A DNA stretch of 64,000 nt from Octopus vulgaris (Eukaryota), in assembly GCA_951406725.2 (NCBI GenBank), contig OX597815.1:196788001-196852000 (forward strand), given 5' to 3'. The notes beneath the pieces were generated by a model. The model did not search any database and was not told the DNA's origin. It saw only the letters and a list, made by a program, of their open reading frames with translations. Positions 13,186 to 26,191 of the stretch are shown piece after piece; the first letter of the stretch is position 1, and each line of letters begins with the position of its first letter. A program made the translations under genes and the position numbers.

Positions 13186-13339
13186 GAGTGGCTGTGTGGT
13201 AAGTAGCTTGCTAACCAACCACATGGTTCCGGGTTCAGTCCCACTGCGTGGCATCTTGGGCAAGTGTCTTCTGCTATAGCCCCGGGCCGACCAATGCCTT
13301 GTGAGTGGATTTGGTAGATGAAACTGAAAGAAGCCCGTC

Positions 13340-13385
<46 letters not shown>

Positions 13386-13595
13386 TTGTGTGAGTGTGTT
13401 TGTCCCCCTAGCATTGCTTGACAACCGATGCTGGTTGTTTATGTCTCCGTTACTTAGCGGTTCGGCAAAAGAGACCGATAGAATAAGTACTGGGCTTACA
13501 AGGAATAAGTCCCGGGGTCGATCTGCTCTACTAAAGGCGGTGCTCCAGCATGGCCGCAGTCAAATGACTGAAACAAGTAAAAGAGTAAAAGAGTA
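13186..13595 (+). mobile_element. SINE family A
   Basis: Near full-length match to other A copies. Confidence 0.9.
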
Positions 13596-14622
13596 TGCTA
13601 TGTGATTCGTTTCATTTACATTTTTATAAAATCGAAAATATATTCAACAATTGTCATGGCAAAACTCTTTTATATTAAACATGCTTGTTTATAATACTTT
13701 TTTTAACTTGGACATTTTGCTTCCTTAAGTTACAAGTGTAGTATATTTTCTTTCCTTTATACATATGTATAGTATATCTTCTATCTTCACTATATTATAC
13801 TTTCACTGACATTTTAAATACAAAACTCTCTTTTAACTGCATCAGTTATTAGTACTTGACTCCGTTCAAACGAAAAATCACTCAATTTTTAAAATACGCT
13901 TTGCAAATTTTACACTAATAAGTTAAATCACTTAAAAAGTCTGTGTCTAAGACGACAATTTCTGTATTTGTATAAAATAGTTTTTAGTTTTGCATAATAC
14001 ATCACTTTTACTGTAATTATTGTAAAATCTGAGTTCATTAGCAGATTTCCGTAGACGCTTAGGTAAGTGTTGAATTGTAAATCATTCATCTGGAGGAGGT
14101 GGTTTATTATTTGTAACCGAGTTCAGGCTAATGGAGATAGATAAAGTCCCTGAATGATTCTTAATCTTAAGTGGCATACACATCTGAAGTTTATTTTCTC
14201 CATTTTCTTTACCTGCTATAATAGATATGTTCTCCAGTTACTACTCCTTACAGCTATAACACATCATTTACGCTCCTTTAGTTTGCTGCTGCTTTCCGGC
14301 GAGTCGTCAAGGTATTTTACAGTAAGGGTACTAGCGATTCTTAGATTATCAACTATCTTATAGGCCAGTAGTTTTGAAAGTTAATATCAGGTGGTCCTCC
14401 AGCAATATTAAATAACTAACCTGAACAGCTTCCGCTATTGTTCTAGGGGCTAGATGCGTTTGTACTTGTCAGATACTTCAAATGGAAATTATTGACTTTA
14501 TCAATGCTAGAATATATACAGTGGCTTGTTGGTGAGTTACTTATTTTGCTAAACATTTCTGCGGTGAATTCCGTTGTAATATGCATACAATTCTGTTAAC
14601 TGATTTGTTCTCTAATGTTACA

Positions 14623-14713
14623 CTTTTACTTGTTTCAGTCATTTGACTGTGGCCATGCTGGAGCACCGTCTTTAGTCGAGCAAATCGATCCCAGGACTTA
14701 TTCTTTGTAAGCC
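14623..14713 (-). mobile_element. SINE family A, 3' fragment
   Basis: Tail similarity. Confidence 0.8.
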
Positions 14714-14851
14714 TTGTACGTAATCATAATAATTTGGATTGGGACCATGTGGAATCAGCCAACCCATTTTCCAAAACCTTATAATCTTCATTGCTTGAGC
14801 CTCTCTTTTTTATCCAGGGTATCTTCTGCTTTTATAGACATAATTTTAAAC

Positions 14852-15216
14852 TATTTACATTATTTACATTTGACGGATATTCGTCCTAATCTTGTTTGTT
14901 GTTAACACAACGTTTTGGCCGATATACCCTCAAGCCTCCATCAGTCTTGGGGAAATTTCGAACCTGGTTCTCATTTCTAAGATATTTTTCGATGTTGTTG
15001 TTATTATTATTAGTAGTAGTATTAGTATTAGTATTGTTATTCAGGTTAATACCTGGAATCGAGCTCGGAATCTTGGGGTTAGTAGCCCTCGCTCTTAACC
15101 ACTACGCCATATGCCCACGGGCATATGGCGCAGTGGTTAAAATGAAGACAAATATCAGTCAAATGTAAATAATTTAGATAACGTACGTAATTCCTCATCT
15201 CTTAAATTTAGATCTG
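14852..15216 (-). mobile_element. Family H fold-back element: tRNA-like head, microsatellite, hammerhead tail
   Basis: Central 22-bp hairpin 15095-15140; tRNA-like head on the minus strand 15116-15042; decayed hammerhead about 14904-14947; inverted tail copy 15142-15216. Confidence 0.75.
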
Positions 15217-16223
15217 TATAATTTTTAATTATTTGCCTTTTTTTTTTTTTTTTTTGCTTTCTCGCTCTCTCCGTTTCACCACCTGAAATCGTACCGATTT
15301 TACCACGTTTTGTACTCGCATACTAATGTTTCTCTCTTCTATTAATACTACGCATTTACTATTTTCTGCATTGCAGATGGCTCAGGAGGTTTTGATTGTA
15401 TTGGGATCAGGTTTACAACATAATAGATTTAATAATTAAGTTTATTAATGTTCGAGCAGTATACATCCATGAACCTGCAGAATTCTATTGTATTTATTTA
15501 TGGAGTTGCTTCTTCGAGCGTAGAACGGGAATGTATTTAAACTCATCCATGTTCAACGATTTTGATGTTCTCTTCTATTGTTTCTGTCAGAAACTCCTTC
15601 AATGTTATTGCTGGTTGATTGGTTTTGGTGTTTGGACGTGTGTAGGGTTGTATTAAAATCATATGTAGTTACGTATAGATCGAATGGTATAGTTCACTAT
15701 CGATGTTTGTTTGTTTTTGTTTTTGTCATTTGATTGAGTTTTTCACTTGGACCTTCTTTTTGATCTTCATCATCACTATTTTTTATAATACTTCTTTTGT
15801 TTATATATTTACATTTGATATGCTGTAAAACTTTTTTTCATTCTTAAAATGTGAATGCTTTAGTATTTTTTTCATTTTGTTTCCGTGGTGATTCACTTGT
15901 GAGTAGGATAGTTTCAATCGTGGGTTTTTTAATTATTATTTTCAGGGTATAATCCTCCTCTGAATCGTTCTGTTTCAATTTTTATTATCTTACGTTTATG
16001 ACGAATCTCAAACGTTCGCTAATATGTCTTTATTTAATCTGTTTTCCGTTCTTTTTATTTTTGTTTCACAATTTATATATTTTCTCTCTCTTATTGCATC
16101 GTGGGTGTTAGATATGGTTATAATATTGTTACTGATCCACGACAAATATTATTAGCATACCCCCGATCAAAGGTATTCTACCATTGAGTGCCACGTCTAT
16201 TTTGAAATGTTTCTAGGACTGCA

Positions 16224-16356
16224 TTTGCCTTTCATCCTTTCGGGGTCGATAAATTAAGTACCAGTTTCGCACTGGGGTCGATGTAATCGACTTAATCCGT
16301 TTGTCTGTCCTTGTTTGTCCACTCTATGTTTAGCCCCATGTGGGTAATAAAGAAAC
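16224..16356 (+). mobile_element. SINE family B, 5'-truncated
   Basis: TTTGCCTTTCATCCTTTCGGGGTCG through the tail. Confidence 0.85.
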
Positions 16357-16912
16357 AATTATCTAAAAGCTTTTCATTTAAGACGGTAGGATGTGATACG
16401 AAATATATCTTCTGCTTGTCGGGAAATGTGGTCGATGGATGTCCCACAATGGCGTTTTATAAAGGATTAGTGGTGTGTAAGCTCGACGACGTCCGAGGAA
16501 AAAGACCTGGACGTCCATGAACATCACCTTGTAGGTCTTTCGAGGGGACTATCTGGCTAGAGTCCATGGATAAGTTCCAGAAATTCCCAGCCCAGCAGTG
16601 TTACTGGAGAGCGTTTCAGGCATGATAGTGTCGTCAGATGCACCTTCTTGAGATGCACACAGAGACGAACGAAAATTTGCACACCCTCGAACAATGCTGG
16701 AGAATTGCTAAATTGTAGAGCGATATCTAATAACTGTTATCACTTTTACAACAGATTTAGCTTGGGGACTGCTTTGCCGTTTTCGTTCTTTGGTGAGGAA
16801 GGGCGAGCCATTTTCCTCTGTCTGGTGACTATGGCGAAAGTAGTTCTGTGGTAGATGTGACTGAAAGGACTACTGACAGACACTTTTTTCTTTCTACCAA
16901 GCCATCAGCGTT

Positions 16913-17093
16913 TTCTTCTTCTTCTTCTTCTTCTTCTTACTTCTCCTTCTTCTTTTTCTCCTTCTCCTTCTTCTTTTTCTCCTTCTCCTTCTTCTTCTTC
17001 TTCTTCTTCGTCTTCTTCTTCCTTCTTCTTTCTTCGTCTTCTTCTCCTTTCTTCTTCTTCTTCTTCTTCTTCTTCTTCACTCCTTCTTCTTCA

Positions 17094-17124
<31 letters not shown>

Positions 17125-17183
17125 CTCCTCCTTCTCCTCCTCCTCCTTCTTCTTCTTCTTCTTCTCCTTTCTTCTTCTTCTTC
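16913..17183. repeat. (CTT)n/(CCT)n polypyrimidine microsatellite
   Basis: Direct reading. Confidence 0.95.
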
Positions 17184-17509
17184 AAAAGGAAAGTGAGGAT
17201 TGAGAAGGAGTAAATTAGTAAAAGGCTTGCATCATATGGCGAGAATGACCAGAGTAAGAGTCTCCAGTCAAAGCATGCGCCTGTTGACTAAAATGCAGAG
17301 AAGAGAGAGGAGCAGTTCTATTGAGCAGGTTGATTCAGGATCTGTGGAGCTCCTTCTTCGCCTCCGGCTTCGTGAATTTTGTTGTTATAAATATTTGTTA
17401 ATTGTTACTGTTTAGTTTATTTTACATATGTTTATGCAAATTCCGACTATCCTTTTTTTCTTCTTTCTTAAACTAAACGGTTTTGCTGTGTTTGTGACCA
17501 GTACAGAAT

Positions 17510-17524
17510 ATTGTTATTATTATT

Positions 17525-17581
<57 letters not shown>

Positions 17582-17707
17582 ATGGTTGTTGTTGTTGATG
17601 ATGATGATGATGATGATGATGATAATGTTGTTATTGTTATTATCGTTACTGCTGCTGTTGTTGCTCTGGCCTTTTGCCAAAATTAGAAAGAATAATTTTT
17701 TTACTAC

Positions 17708-17760
<53 letters not shown>

Positions 17761-17914
17761 ACATCACCACCACCATCACCACCACAACCACCACAACCAC
17801 CACCGCCACCGCCGCCACTACCACCACCGCCAACACGAACACCATCACCACCATTACTACTACTACTACTACTACTACTAATACTACTACTACTACTATT
17901 ACTACTACTACTAT

Positions 17915-18006
<92 letters not shown>

Positions 18007-18007
18007 T

Positions 18008-18062
<55 letters not shown>

Positions 18063-18092
18063 GCTACTACTACTACTTGCTACTACTACTAC
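17510..18092. repeat. Compound trinucleotide microsatellite (TTA/TTG/ATG then ATC/ACC/ACT)
   Basis: Direct reading. Confidence 0.95.
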
Positions 18093-18217
18093 TGCACATT
18101 GTAATAACAGTTGCAAAGTTGCAATTAGGTGTACATTCAGCATATTACTCACATATTATTATGTGCGAATAAACATTTCCAGCAGTAATATGCATTAGTA
18201 ATGGAGAAAAGAAGAAT

Positions 18218-18301
<84 letters not shown>

Positions 18302-18600
18302 TCCGTATATGTGGTAATTACTGAAACATATTTAGCGCTGATGACCATTACAATACGTAATATCTGGAAGAAATGGCGTTTGCTACATAAAATATCTAGG
18401 TGAACGTTTTTTTCTTTTTTATTTCCTGTTTTCCTGTAACTGATTTCGTAATAGCACGATGACATTCGCTAGCGCTGGACAAACTAATTACCATAACGTC
18501 GTATGAGATGGAGTAAAGTTTCGGATATTATGTAGCAATTATTAGTTAATCTAACGATGAAAAGAAAATTATATTCTTATGTTCGTATATTCTTGTATTC

Positions 18601-18819
18601 TCTTTTACTCACTTTTTACTCTTTTACTTGTTTCAGTCATTTGACTGCGGCCATGCTGGAGCACCGCCTTTAGTCGAGCAAATCGACCCCGGGACTTATT
18701 CTTTGTAAGCCCAGTACTTATTCTATCGGTCTCTTTTGCCGAATCGCTAAGTGACGGAGACGTAAACACACCAGCATCGGTTGTCAAGCAATGCCAGGGG
18801 GACAAACACAGACACATAA

Positions 18820-18852
<33 letters not shown>

Positions 18853-19024
18853 CATATATACGACAGTCTTCTTTCAGTTTCCGTCTACCAAATCCACTCA
18901 CAAGGCTTTGGTCGGCCCGAGACTATAGCAGAAGACACTTGCCCAAGATGCCACGCAGTGGGACTAAACCCGGATCCATGTGGTTGGTTAGCAAGCTACT
19001 AACCACACAGCCACTCCTGCGCCT
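18601..19024 (-). mobile_element. SINE family A with probable 16-bp TSD
   Basis: ATRTTCGTATATTCTT at 18579-18594 and 19025-19040; lies beside an older A tail remnant (about 19038-19075). Confidence 0.9.
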
Positions 19025-20206
19025 ATATTCGTATATTCTTTTACTTGTTACGGTCATTGGAGTTTGGCCATGCTGGTGGAGTGAATCTGAAGTCATGTTT
19101 GCGGCATGGACTTTTTAAAGACACACCCATGGATATCTTTGCCTCAGTAACGAGATTTCTGAAACTACAGAGTTTTAGTTGTTCACAGCAATGATTATAA
19201 TGATAATAATATAATGGTCATGTACCTCATTAACATCTCTATATGCTAAGGAATATTTAATATTAATTTTTGTTTGTAATATTAGATATGAAATTAAATA
19301 CTCATACCACTGACTTACATATGTACCATGAATAAATATATAAATATCAATTTTCAATTCAGAATTATTCAAAGCTGTTTAATACGCTGGAAGAGAAGAA
19401 AGCAGTTTTCACAGCTATAGTGATAGAGATTGTTCAGAGGCTGATATGATTGGAGAAAAATAGTTTTGTTTGATTAAGTTCATGGTTCTTTTCGATTAAG
19501 TTCCCATCGAATTTCCTAGCTTCACTTGAAGTAAGTGAGTGTGGAGGAAAAGTGCTGCACTCTAATGAATTGATTAAATGTTATGATGTTTTTATTTCGG
19601 CAATTTGGTCAGGTTTCCAATCAAGACCCCATCACTAAACGCGTACACACATGCACAAACAGTATTCGTCCTTTCATACTACCTAAATGTTGAAAATATT
19701 TTTCTTGTTCTTATTTATAGAGAGTGTTATTGTGTTTACTTTTGTGATGCGGATGTATCGTAAGTTATTCGTGTCTTAGAAGTGAAAGTATCTACATTTT
19801 TCACGTCATGTTGCTGTTTTTAAGAAATCTCCTTTGTGCGCAGGTGAGGTGAAACAATTGCATTCATTGGTTTGTGGATAAAAGGTGTAGATTTGATGGT
19901 ATCGGATATAATCCTCATCATTTCATTCAACTTCATTTCGAGTGTATTGCTATGGAGAATATGGAACAATCTGCAGGAAAAAAGGCGTATCCAGGTTTGT
20001 GAACAAAATTCGATTATTATTGTAGCACACAAAGTCAATAAAGATGTTCGACGCAGAATTTGAGATTCTAACCTGATGTTCGAGTTACCTTCTTAACCAA
20101 CATTCCCTAGGATTTAGATTACATAGTCGCATAACACACACACACACACACACACACAAGGAGACAGAGGTGCATACATATACAAACACACGCTCACCCA
20201 TGCACA

Positions 20207-20575
20207 CATACATAGAAAATACACAAAGACGGACATGCAAGCACATGAATATGCAGGATACATACTTACAGATGCACACACATAAATACATATATACATA
20301 TGCATGCACACACATATACATACATACACACGCATACATACAGACACACATACATACGTACATACATACATACATACATACATACATACATGTATGCTTG
20401 CATAGGCACACATACACACATACATAGAAAATACACAAACATGGACATGCAAGCACATGAATATGCAGGATACATACATACAGATGCACAAACATAAATA
20501 CATATATACATATGCATACACACACATATACACATACATAAACACGCATACATACAGACACACATACATACGTAC
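20207..20575. repeat. Tandem duplication (about 210-bp period) of degenerate CA/CATA-rich sequence
   Basis: CATAGAAAATACACAAA...GGACATGCAAGCACATGAATATGCAGGATACATAC occurs at about 20211 and 20423. Confidence 0.85.
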
Positions 20576-21090
20576 GTGCATGCATGCATAGGCACACACA
20601 CACTGACCCACGCACATGCGCACAAACAAACAAAGAGGAACGCAGTGTAAATAACGGACAGTGTCAAGACTATTGAAAAAGGTTGCAAGACGCAACGAAA
20701 ATTGTCGGAAAATAAAAATAATAAATAAGTGGAAAATTTACCGGTGAGTGTGTTAAATAATAAGGCACTAAAAGAAAATTACTTTCCCCAGACACAACAA
20801 TAAAATATAGTATTTTGCCGGGTACTACTACAAAGCATCCGGGTGTCTTTTCCGAATGTTTCAGACTGTTTTTCATCTATATTTGCAGTTTTTACTATGT
20901 CTTATGCTTGTTGAAGTCGGATAAAGTAGTCACTTTTTTGTGTTGGCTGTTAGATATCAGCAGGAAAAAGGTTTCGGAATTTGATTGATGCTCCTACATA
21001 TCATCTCTATTTCAGTCGCAATGTTTGATTGGTGGGCTATAGCTACGTCTACTGTACGTCTAAATTTAAGGAGTCTCTTCTCAAGTATGT

Positions 21091-21313
21091 TACTCTTTTA
21101 CTCTTTTACTTGTTTCAGTCATTTGAATGCGGCCATGCTGGAGCACCGCCTTTAACCGAGCAACTCGACCCCGGTATTTATTCTTTTTGTAAGCCCAGTA
21201 CTTATTCTATCGGTCTCTTTTTGCCGAACCGGTAAGTGACGGGGACGTAAACACACCAGCATCGGTTGTCAAGCAATGCTAGGGGGACAAACACAGACAC
21301 ACAAACACACACA

Positions 21314-21350
<37 letters not shown>

Positions 21351-21510
21351 GACGGGCTTCTTTCAGTTTCCGTCTACCAAATCCACTCACAAGGCATTGG
21401 TCGGCCCGAGGCTATAGTAGAAGACACTTGCTCAAGGTGCCACGCAGTGGGACTGAACCTGGAACCATGTGGCTGGTAAACAAGCTACTTACCACACAGC
21501 CACTCCTGCG
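21091..21510 (-). mobile_element. SINE family A
   Basis: Full-length similarity. Confidence 0.9.
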
Positions 21511-21744
21511 TTGTTGATATAAATATTGTAAAAACTCATTTTCCTGCTCTGGTCACTGAGAAACCTATAAAGTAATCCATATATATATATATTTTTAATT
21601 TTAAATGTTCACTTAAATTTAATGAGTTTGGAAAGTATTAATATAAGACGTTCATGCCAAACAGAATCGTAAGCGGCCGAGAAATCTATAAAGATACTAT
21701 GTGAATTCAAACTTTATTCTTAATATGAATCGCTGTAAAATTGT

Positions 21745-22135
21745 GTGGAGGCGCAATAGCCCAATGGTTAGAGCAGCGGACTCGCGGTCATAGGATCGCG
21801 GTTTCGATTCCCAGACCGGGCTTTGTGAGTGTTTATTGAGCGAAAACACCTAAAGCTCCACGAGGCTCCGACAGGGGATGGTGGTGATCCCTGATGTACT
21901 CTTTCACCACAACTTTCTCACCCTCTTACTTCCTGTTTCTGTTTTACCTGTATTTCAAAGGGCCGACCTTGTCACTCTCTGTGTCACGCTGAATATCCCC
22001 GAGAACTACGTTAAGGGTTCACGTGTCTGTGGAGTGCTCAGCCACTTACACGTTAATTTCACGAGCAGGCTGTTCCGTTGATTCGGATCAACCGGAACCC
22101 TCGTCGTCGTAACCGACGGAGTGCTTCCAAAAAAA
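21745..22135 (+). mobile_element. SINE family C with 11-bp TSD
   Basis: TSD TGTAAAATTGT (21734-21744, 22136-22146); near-identical to 12416-12811. Confidence 0.9.
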
Positions 22136-22832
22136 TGTAAAATTGTAAGGTATTAAATCTTGACTCTATGAGTTTCATTTCTAATATATAACCAGTGTAT
22201 TCCGTGTGTTTGTCAGTTTCGAGAATTGATAATAATCACGTGAGCATGATTTATTCAAACAATTTGAAAAGACAGCTGACTTGTTGGATTACTCAATGAC
22301 TATCTTTGGCAGTCGGTTGGCGTCCTTAGCTTTAGCATGGTTAAAATTTTACCATATTTCCAGGTTCAAAGATATTCATATTTATATCCGATGTCTGTTA
22401 AACGTTGGCAAGTTGCGTTATAATTCCGCTGCCAAGGTTTGTAATCATTTCAGGATAAATTCCATCGGCGCCTGCAGTTTTGCACATTTTCAGTATTGTG
22501 CTTTATTTAGTTATTTATTTATTCATTTTATTTTATTTTATTTTATCATTTGGTTTTCAAGTCTTGTTTTGTTTGTTTTTGTTTTTTTTTGTTTTTTTTT
22601 TAAATTCAAATTGCTGCATCGCATTCCATATTTTGGCAGGTTCTAACAAGGTGGTGATACTCTAGCCTTGCAATTCTTTCAAATTTCTGTTTGGTTGTGT
22701 CGATCTGTTTTGGCAGTGATAGGTGTATTTGAATTGCTAGATTGTGGTTTTTCTGGGTTTAGGTTTTTTTACTTAGTAATTTAGTAAAAATCCAGTAATT
22801 TTAGCATACCTAACATATTGCCAGCTACCTAG

Positions 22833-22875
<43 letters not shown>

Positions 22876-22877
<2 letters not shown>

Positions 22878-23047
22878 TCTCCTTGTTTCCCTCCTTGTTT
22901 TTTTTCAGTGTATCTTTCTGTCAAAGAGCGTAGGCACGAAACGTAAAAGACTTGGTCTATTTCTATTCCTGAGCGCCATACTAATATATTCGTTTGTTTG
23001 TACTAGACATGCCTTCGTCTTTTGTTTACTTTCGTAAACCTTCCCGT

Positions 23048-23048
<1 letters not shown>
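22876..23048 (+). mobile_element. Family G hammerhead-like repeat inside (TA)n
   Basis: Similarity to 1493-1682; (TA)n on both sides. Confidence 0.75.
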
Positions 23049-23078
<30 letters not shown>

Positions 23079-23084
23079 GGGTAA

Positions 23085-23412
23085 AGACCCCCTTCGGTCA
23101 TGAATGACCATGGGATTGCACCTAGAAAGTTACCCTCCTAGACACAAGTCCGGGCAAGGTTGTTTATGGAAGACCAGCAGTCGCCCATGCATACCAGCCT
23201 CCCCTCTCCACTCCACCAGTGTTTTCCAAGGGAAAGACAAAGGTCGATACAGCTTGGCACCAGTGACGTCGCAACTCATTTCTACAGCTGAGTGAACTGG
23301 AGCAACGTGAAATAAAGTGCCTTGCTCAAGAACACAACACCCAGCCCGGTCCGGGATTCGAGATCACAACCTCACGATCGTAAGCTCGACGCTCTAACCA
23401 CTGAGCCATGCG
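23085..23412 (-). mobile_element. tRNA(Arg)-like CORE-type SINE family E
   Basis: Head ATGGCTCAGTGGTTAGAGCGTCGAGCTTACGATC, CORE-like TTCTTGAGCAAG.CACTTTATTTCAC, tail CATGACCGAAGGGGGTCT. Confidence 0.85.
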
Positions 23413-23627
23413 ATATAACATATGTCTTATTCGCCTACCCTCTTGGAGGGAGTTCAACTGCTCATCCACAATGTTAAGGTCCTGTGTGTTTTCATATTCC
23501 CACTCAATATCACCACTACTTCCTGGAGGAACAGGACATGTGTCGGGTTATGTTTTCTTGAGAAGAGCTTCTTACTGTAAGCATTATTAAATCTCAGAGC
23601 GAGATGTAAACAGTAACCGCTCGACAA

Positions 23628-23984
23628 TGTAAAGTATAAAAGCCATCTCAATATGGCTAACCACTAAGGGTGGGTGTTACTGTAGCTTTTAGCCCCAGGA
23701 GATCATCGTCTCCAGCTGGCTTTAGACACACTTTCTGTGTCCTTGAAGTATTTTCAAAGGGAGGTCACCCCTTCCTCGTAAGCCTGAGTGATACGCACGG
23801 ACCGGTTTCGAGATTATTGTCTCTTATCAACGGGCGGTAACCACTCCCTTTGCAAATACTTCAAGGACACAGAAAGTGTGCCTAAAGCCAGCTGGAGACG
23901 ATGATCTCCTGGGGCTAAATAGCTACAGTAACACCCCCCCACACTTTGTGGTTAGCCATATTGAGATGGCTTTTATACTTTACA
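23628..23984. mobile_element. Fold-back element (about 136-bp inverted arms) with a hammerhead in the spacer
   Basis: Arms 23628-23763 and 23844-23984 are near-perfect reverse complements. Confidence 0.85.
23794..23836 (-). ncRNA. Minimal type-I hammerhead ribozyme, U3-A8 variant
   Basis: CGCCCG-UUGAUAA-GAGA-CAAUAA-UCUC-GAAA-CCGG-UC/CGUGCG: stem I 5 of 6 pairs, stem II 4 bp, palindromic helix III, GUC cleavage triplet. Confidence 0.7.
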
Positions 23985-24098
23985 GCTTCTTGCTATTTTA
24001 CACAAACAGTTTGTTGGATCTTTCTACAGAGCAGTGTGTTATTTATCTTCTGTTATAAAGTTTTTTTTTTAATATAACACATATACTATTTCCTTTTT

Positions 24099-24342
24099 GT
24101 GGAGGCGCGTGGCTTAGTGGTTAGGGTGTCAGCATCATGATCGTAAGATTGTGGTTTCGACTCCTTGACCGGGCGACGCGTTGTGTTCTTGAGCAAAACA
24201 CTTCATTTCACGTCGCTCCAGTCCACTCAGCTGGCAAACATGAGTAACGCTGTGATGGACTGGCGTCCCGTCCAGCTGGAGAACGCATAGAAACCTGGAA
24301 ACCGTTTCCGTGATCCTGGCTAGGCTTTAAAAAAAGGGCGCA
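24099..24342 (+). mobile_element. SINE family F (tRNA head, CORE-like block, V-like block)
   Basis: A box TGGCTTAGTGG; middle shared with family E; GATGGACTGGCGTCCCGTCCAG shared with family D. Confidence 0.75.
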
Positions 24343-25000
24343 TTTATTTTATTTTTACAATTTCCTTTTGGCTTACTGATTGTTCCATCTCGCTTATAGC
24401 AGTCGATTTATCTTTGCGATTTTGGTTCCCGTTGACAATATGGGAAGTTATTGATAGCCTCTTCTTCCTCAGAAAGAGATTCATATATATATATATATAT
24501 TTCATTTTTTTATTATTTCTTTTGTGCACAGAATAACTTCATAATAATGGCATACATACTTCTAGAATTTGGATATTTTTGAATTTATTCTAAAGAACAT
24601 GGATTCGAAAAGAAAGTCGAGAACAGACAGAAAAAAATGTTAATGATATATAAAAAAAATGAAATTCTGAATAAACGTCATCCATCATAGAAAAATACAA
24701 CTTGTCTCGTACTGTAACAATTTTATCGAAGAAAGACCAAAGAAAAAAGTGGACAGTTCTTAAAATGCCCGCAAAAGATTGTATAAGATACACGCGAGAA
24801 TGATTTGATGTATCACATAACTGCTCACCGACTTTCATTGGACAATACAATGGTTTAAAAGCGCAAAACTAGGAACACACAGCAGCATTGAATCTCGCTC
24901 ATTCTTACCATTTCAATATACTGAGAAGTGGTTGTATGTACCCAGGTGACTATGTTTTCGGGCGGATTCTGCATAAATATGTAGTTTCTTAAAAGAAATA

Positions 25001-25070
25001 GTGAAAGCGTATGGCTTAGTGGTTAGAGCGTCGAGTTTACGATCGTGAGCTTGTGAGTTCGAAATCCGGA
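25001..25070 (+). mobile_element. SINE family E, head only
   Basis: tRNA-like head similarity. Confidence 0.7.
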
Positions 25071-25083
25071 CACACATTCTCAG

Positions 25084-25126
<43 letters not shown>

Positions 25127-25127
25127 T

Positions 25128-25461
25128 GTGAAGGCTCAAGGCTCAGTGGTTTGAGCGTCAAGCTTACGGTCGTGAGGTTGTGAGTTCGAATCCCGGACCG
25201 GGATGCGTGTTGTGTTCTTGCGCAAGACACATTATTTCACGTTGCTCCAGTTCACTCAGCTGTAGAAATGAGTTGCGACGTCACAGGTGCCAAGCTGTAA
25301 CAGCTTTTGCCTTTGCCTTGGATAACACTGATGGCGTGGAAAGAGGAGGCTGGTAGGCATGGTGACTGCTGGTCTTCCATAAGCAGCCTTTCCCGGACTT
25401 GTCCCTGGCAGGGTAACTTTCTAGGTGTAATCCCATGGTCAGTCATGACCGAAGGGGGTCT
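25128..25461 (+). mobile_element. SINE family E, full length
   Basis: Matches the reverse complement of 23085-23412. Confidence 0.9.
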
Positions 25462-26116
25462 CAGATATTAGGACTACAAAGATGTACCACATCATAAATG
25501 CAGAAAAGATATTGCAATATTATTCAGAGCAAAAAGATAATTTTCAACACAAATGAGCTTACAAAGGACCTGACGGCTTTACTCTGATGACCAGTCAAGT
25601 AAGACAGAGAGGTGAGGGTGACATATAACAACAAAGTTTGTTACAACAAAAGAGTCTCTGAAACGGCTGTCCCTACAACTGTATCAGTGCCGCTCTAACA
25701 ATGGCTACAAAAAGCAACTCGTTGCAGAAATTGGTGGTGTGTAGGTTAAGACCTTCTTCCAGCAGAACCACTCCATCATCATCATGCAATGGATTTATGA
25801 CAAGAAGATGGGGGCATGGAAAGGGTAGCAAACCAGAGATGATGGTTAAAAGCAAAGAACGAGAGGAAGAAATGACAAATAAGCGCAATAAAAGTTGTCC
25901 TCATTGAACAGGAAGGATGGCAAAGATCGCACATACGTTCACGTAAAAGAAAGCTAGAGAGAGGTCGGGGAACTAGAAATAAATAGGAACAGAAAGCAAA
26001 TAACGTGGTTCTCATAGATTTACGGGTGGGCTTCCTTAAATGTCTATTTACAAATTTAATCACGTACATGTGCGTGTGTGTGTGTGTGTGTGTATGCGTG
26101 TGTGTGTGTGCGTGTG

Positions 26117-26186
<70 letters not shown>

Positions 26187-26191
<5 letters not shown>

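Noticed and set aside
15440-15500. Minus-strand SAGS...YTA resembling the L1 KSPGPDGFTAEF motif
   Set aside because: Needs frameshifts and is too short to call, although it would fit an old L1 spanning about 11-16 kb.
17597-17762. Complementary (ATG)n and (CAT)n tracts that could form a hairpin
   Set aside because: Expected by chance in such a dense compound microsatellite.
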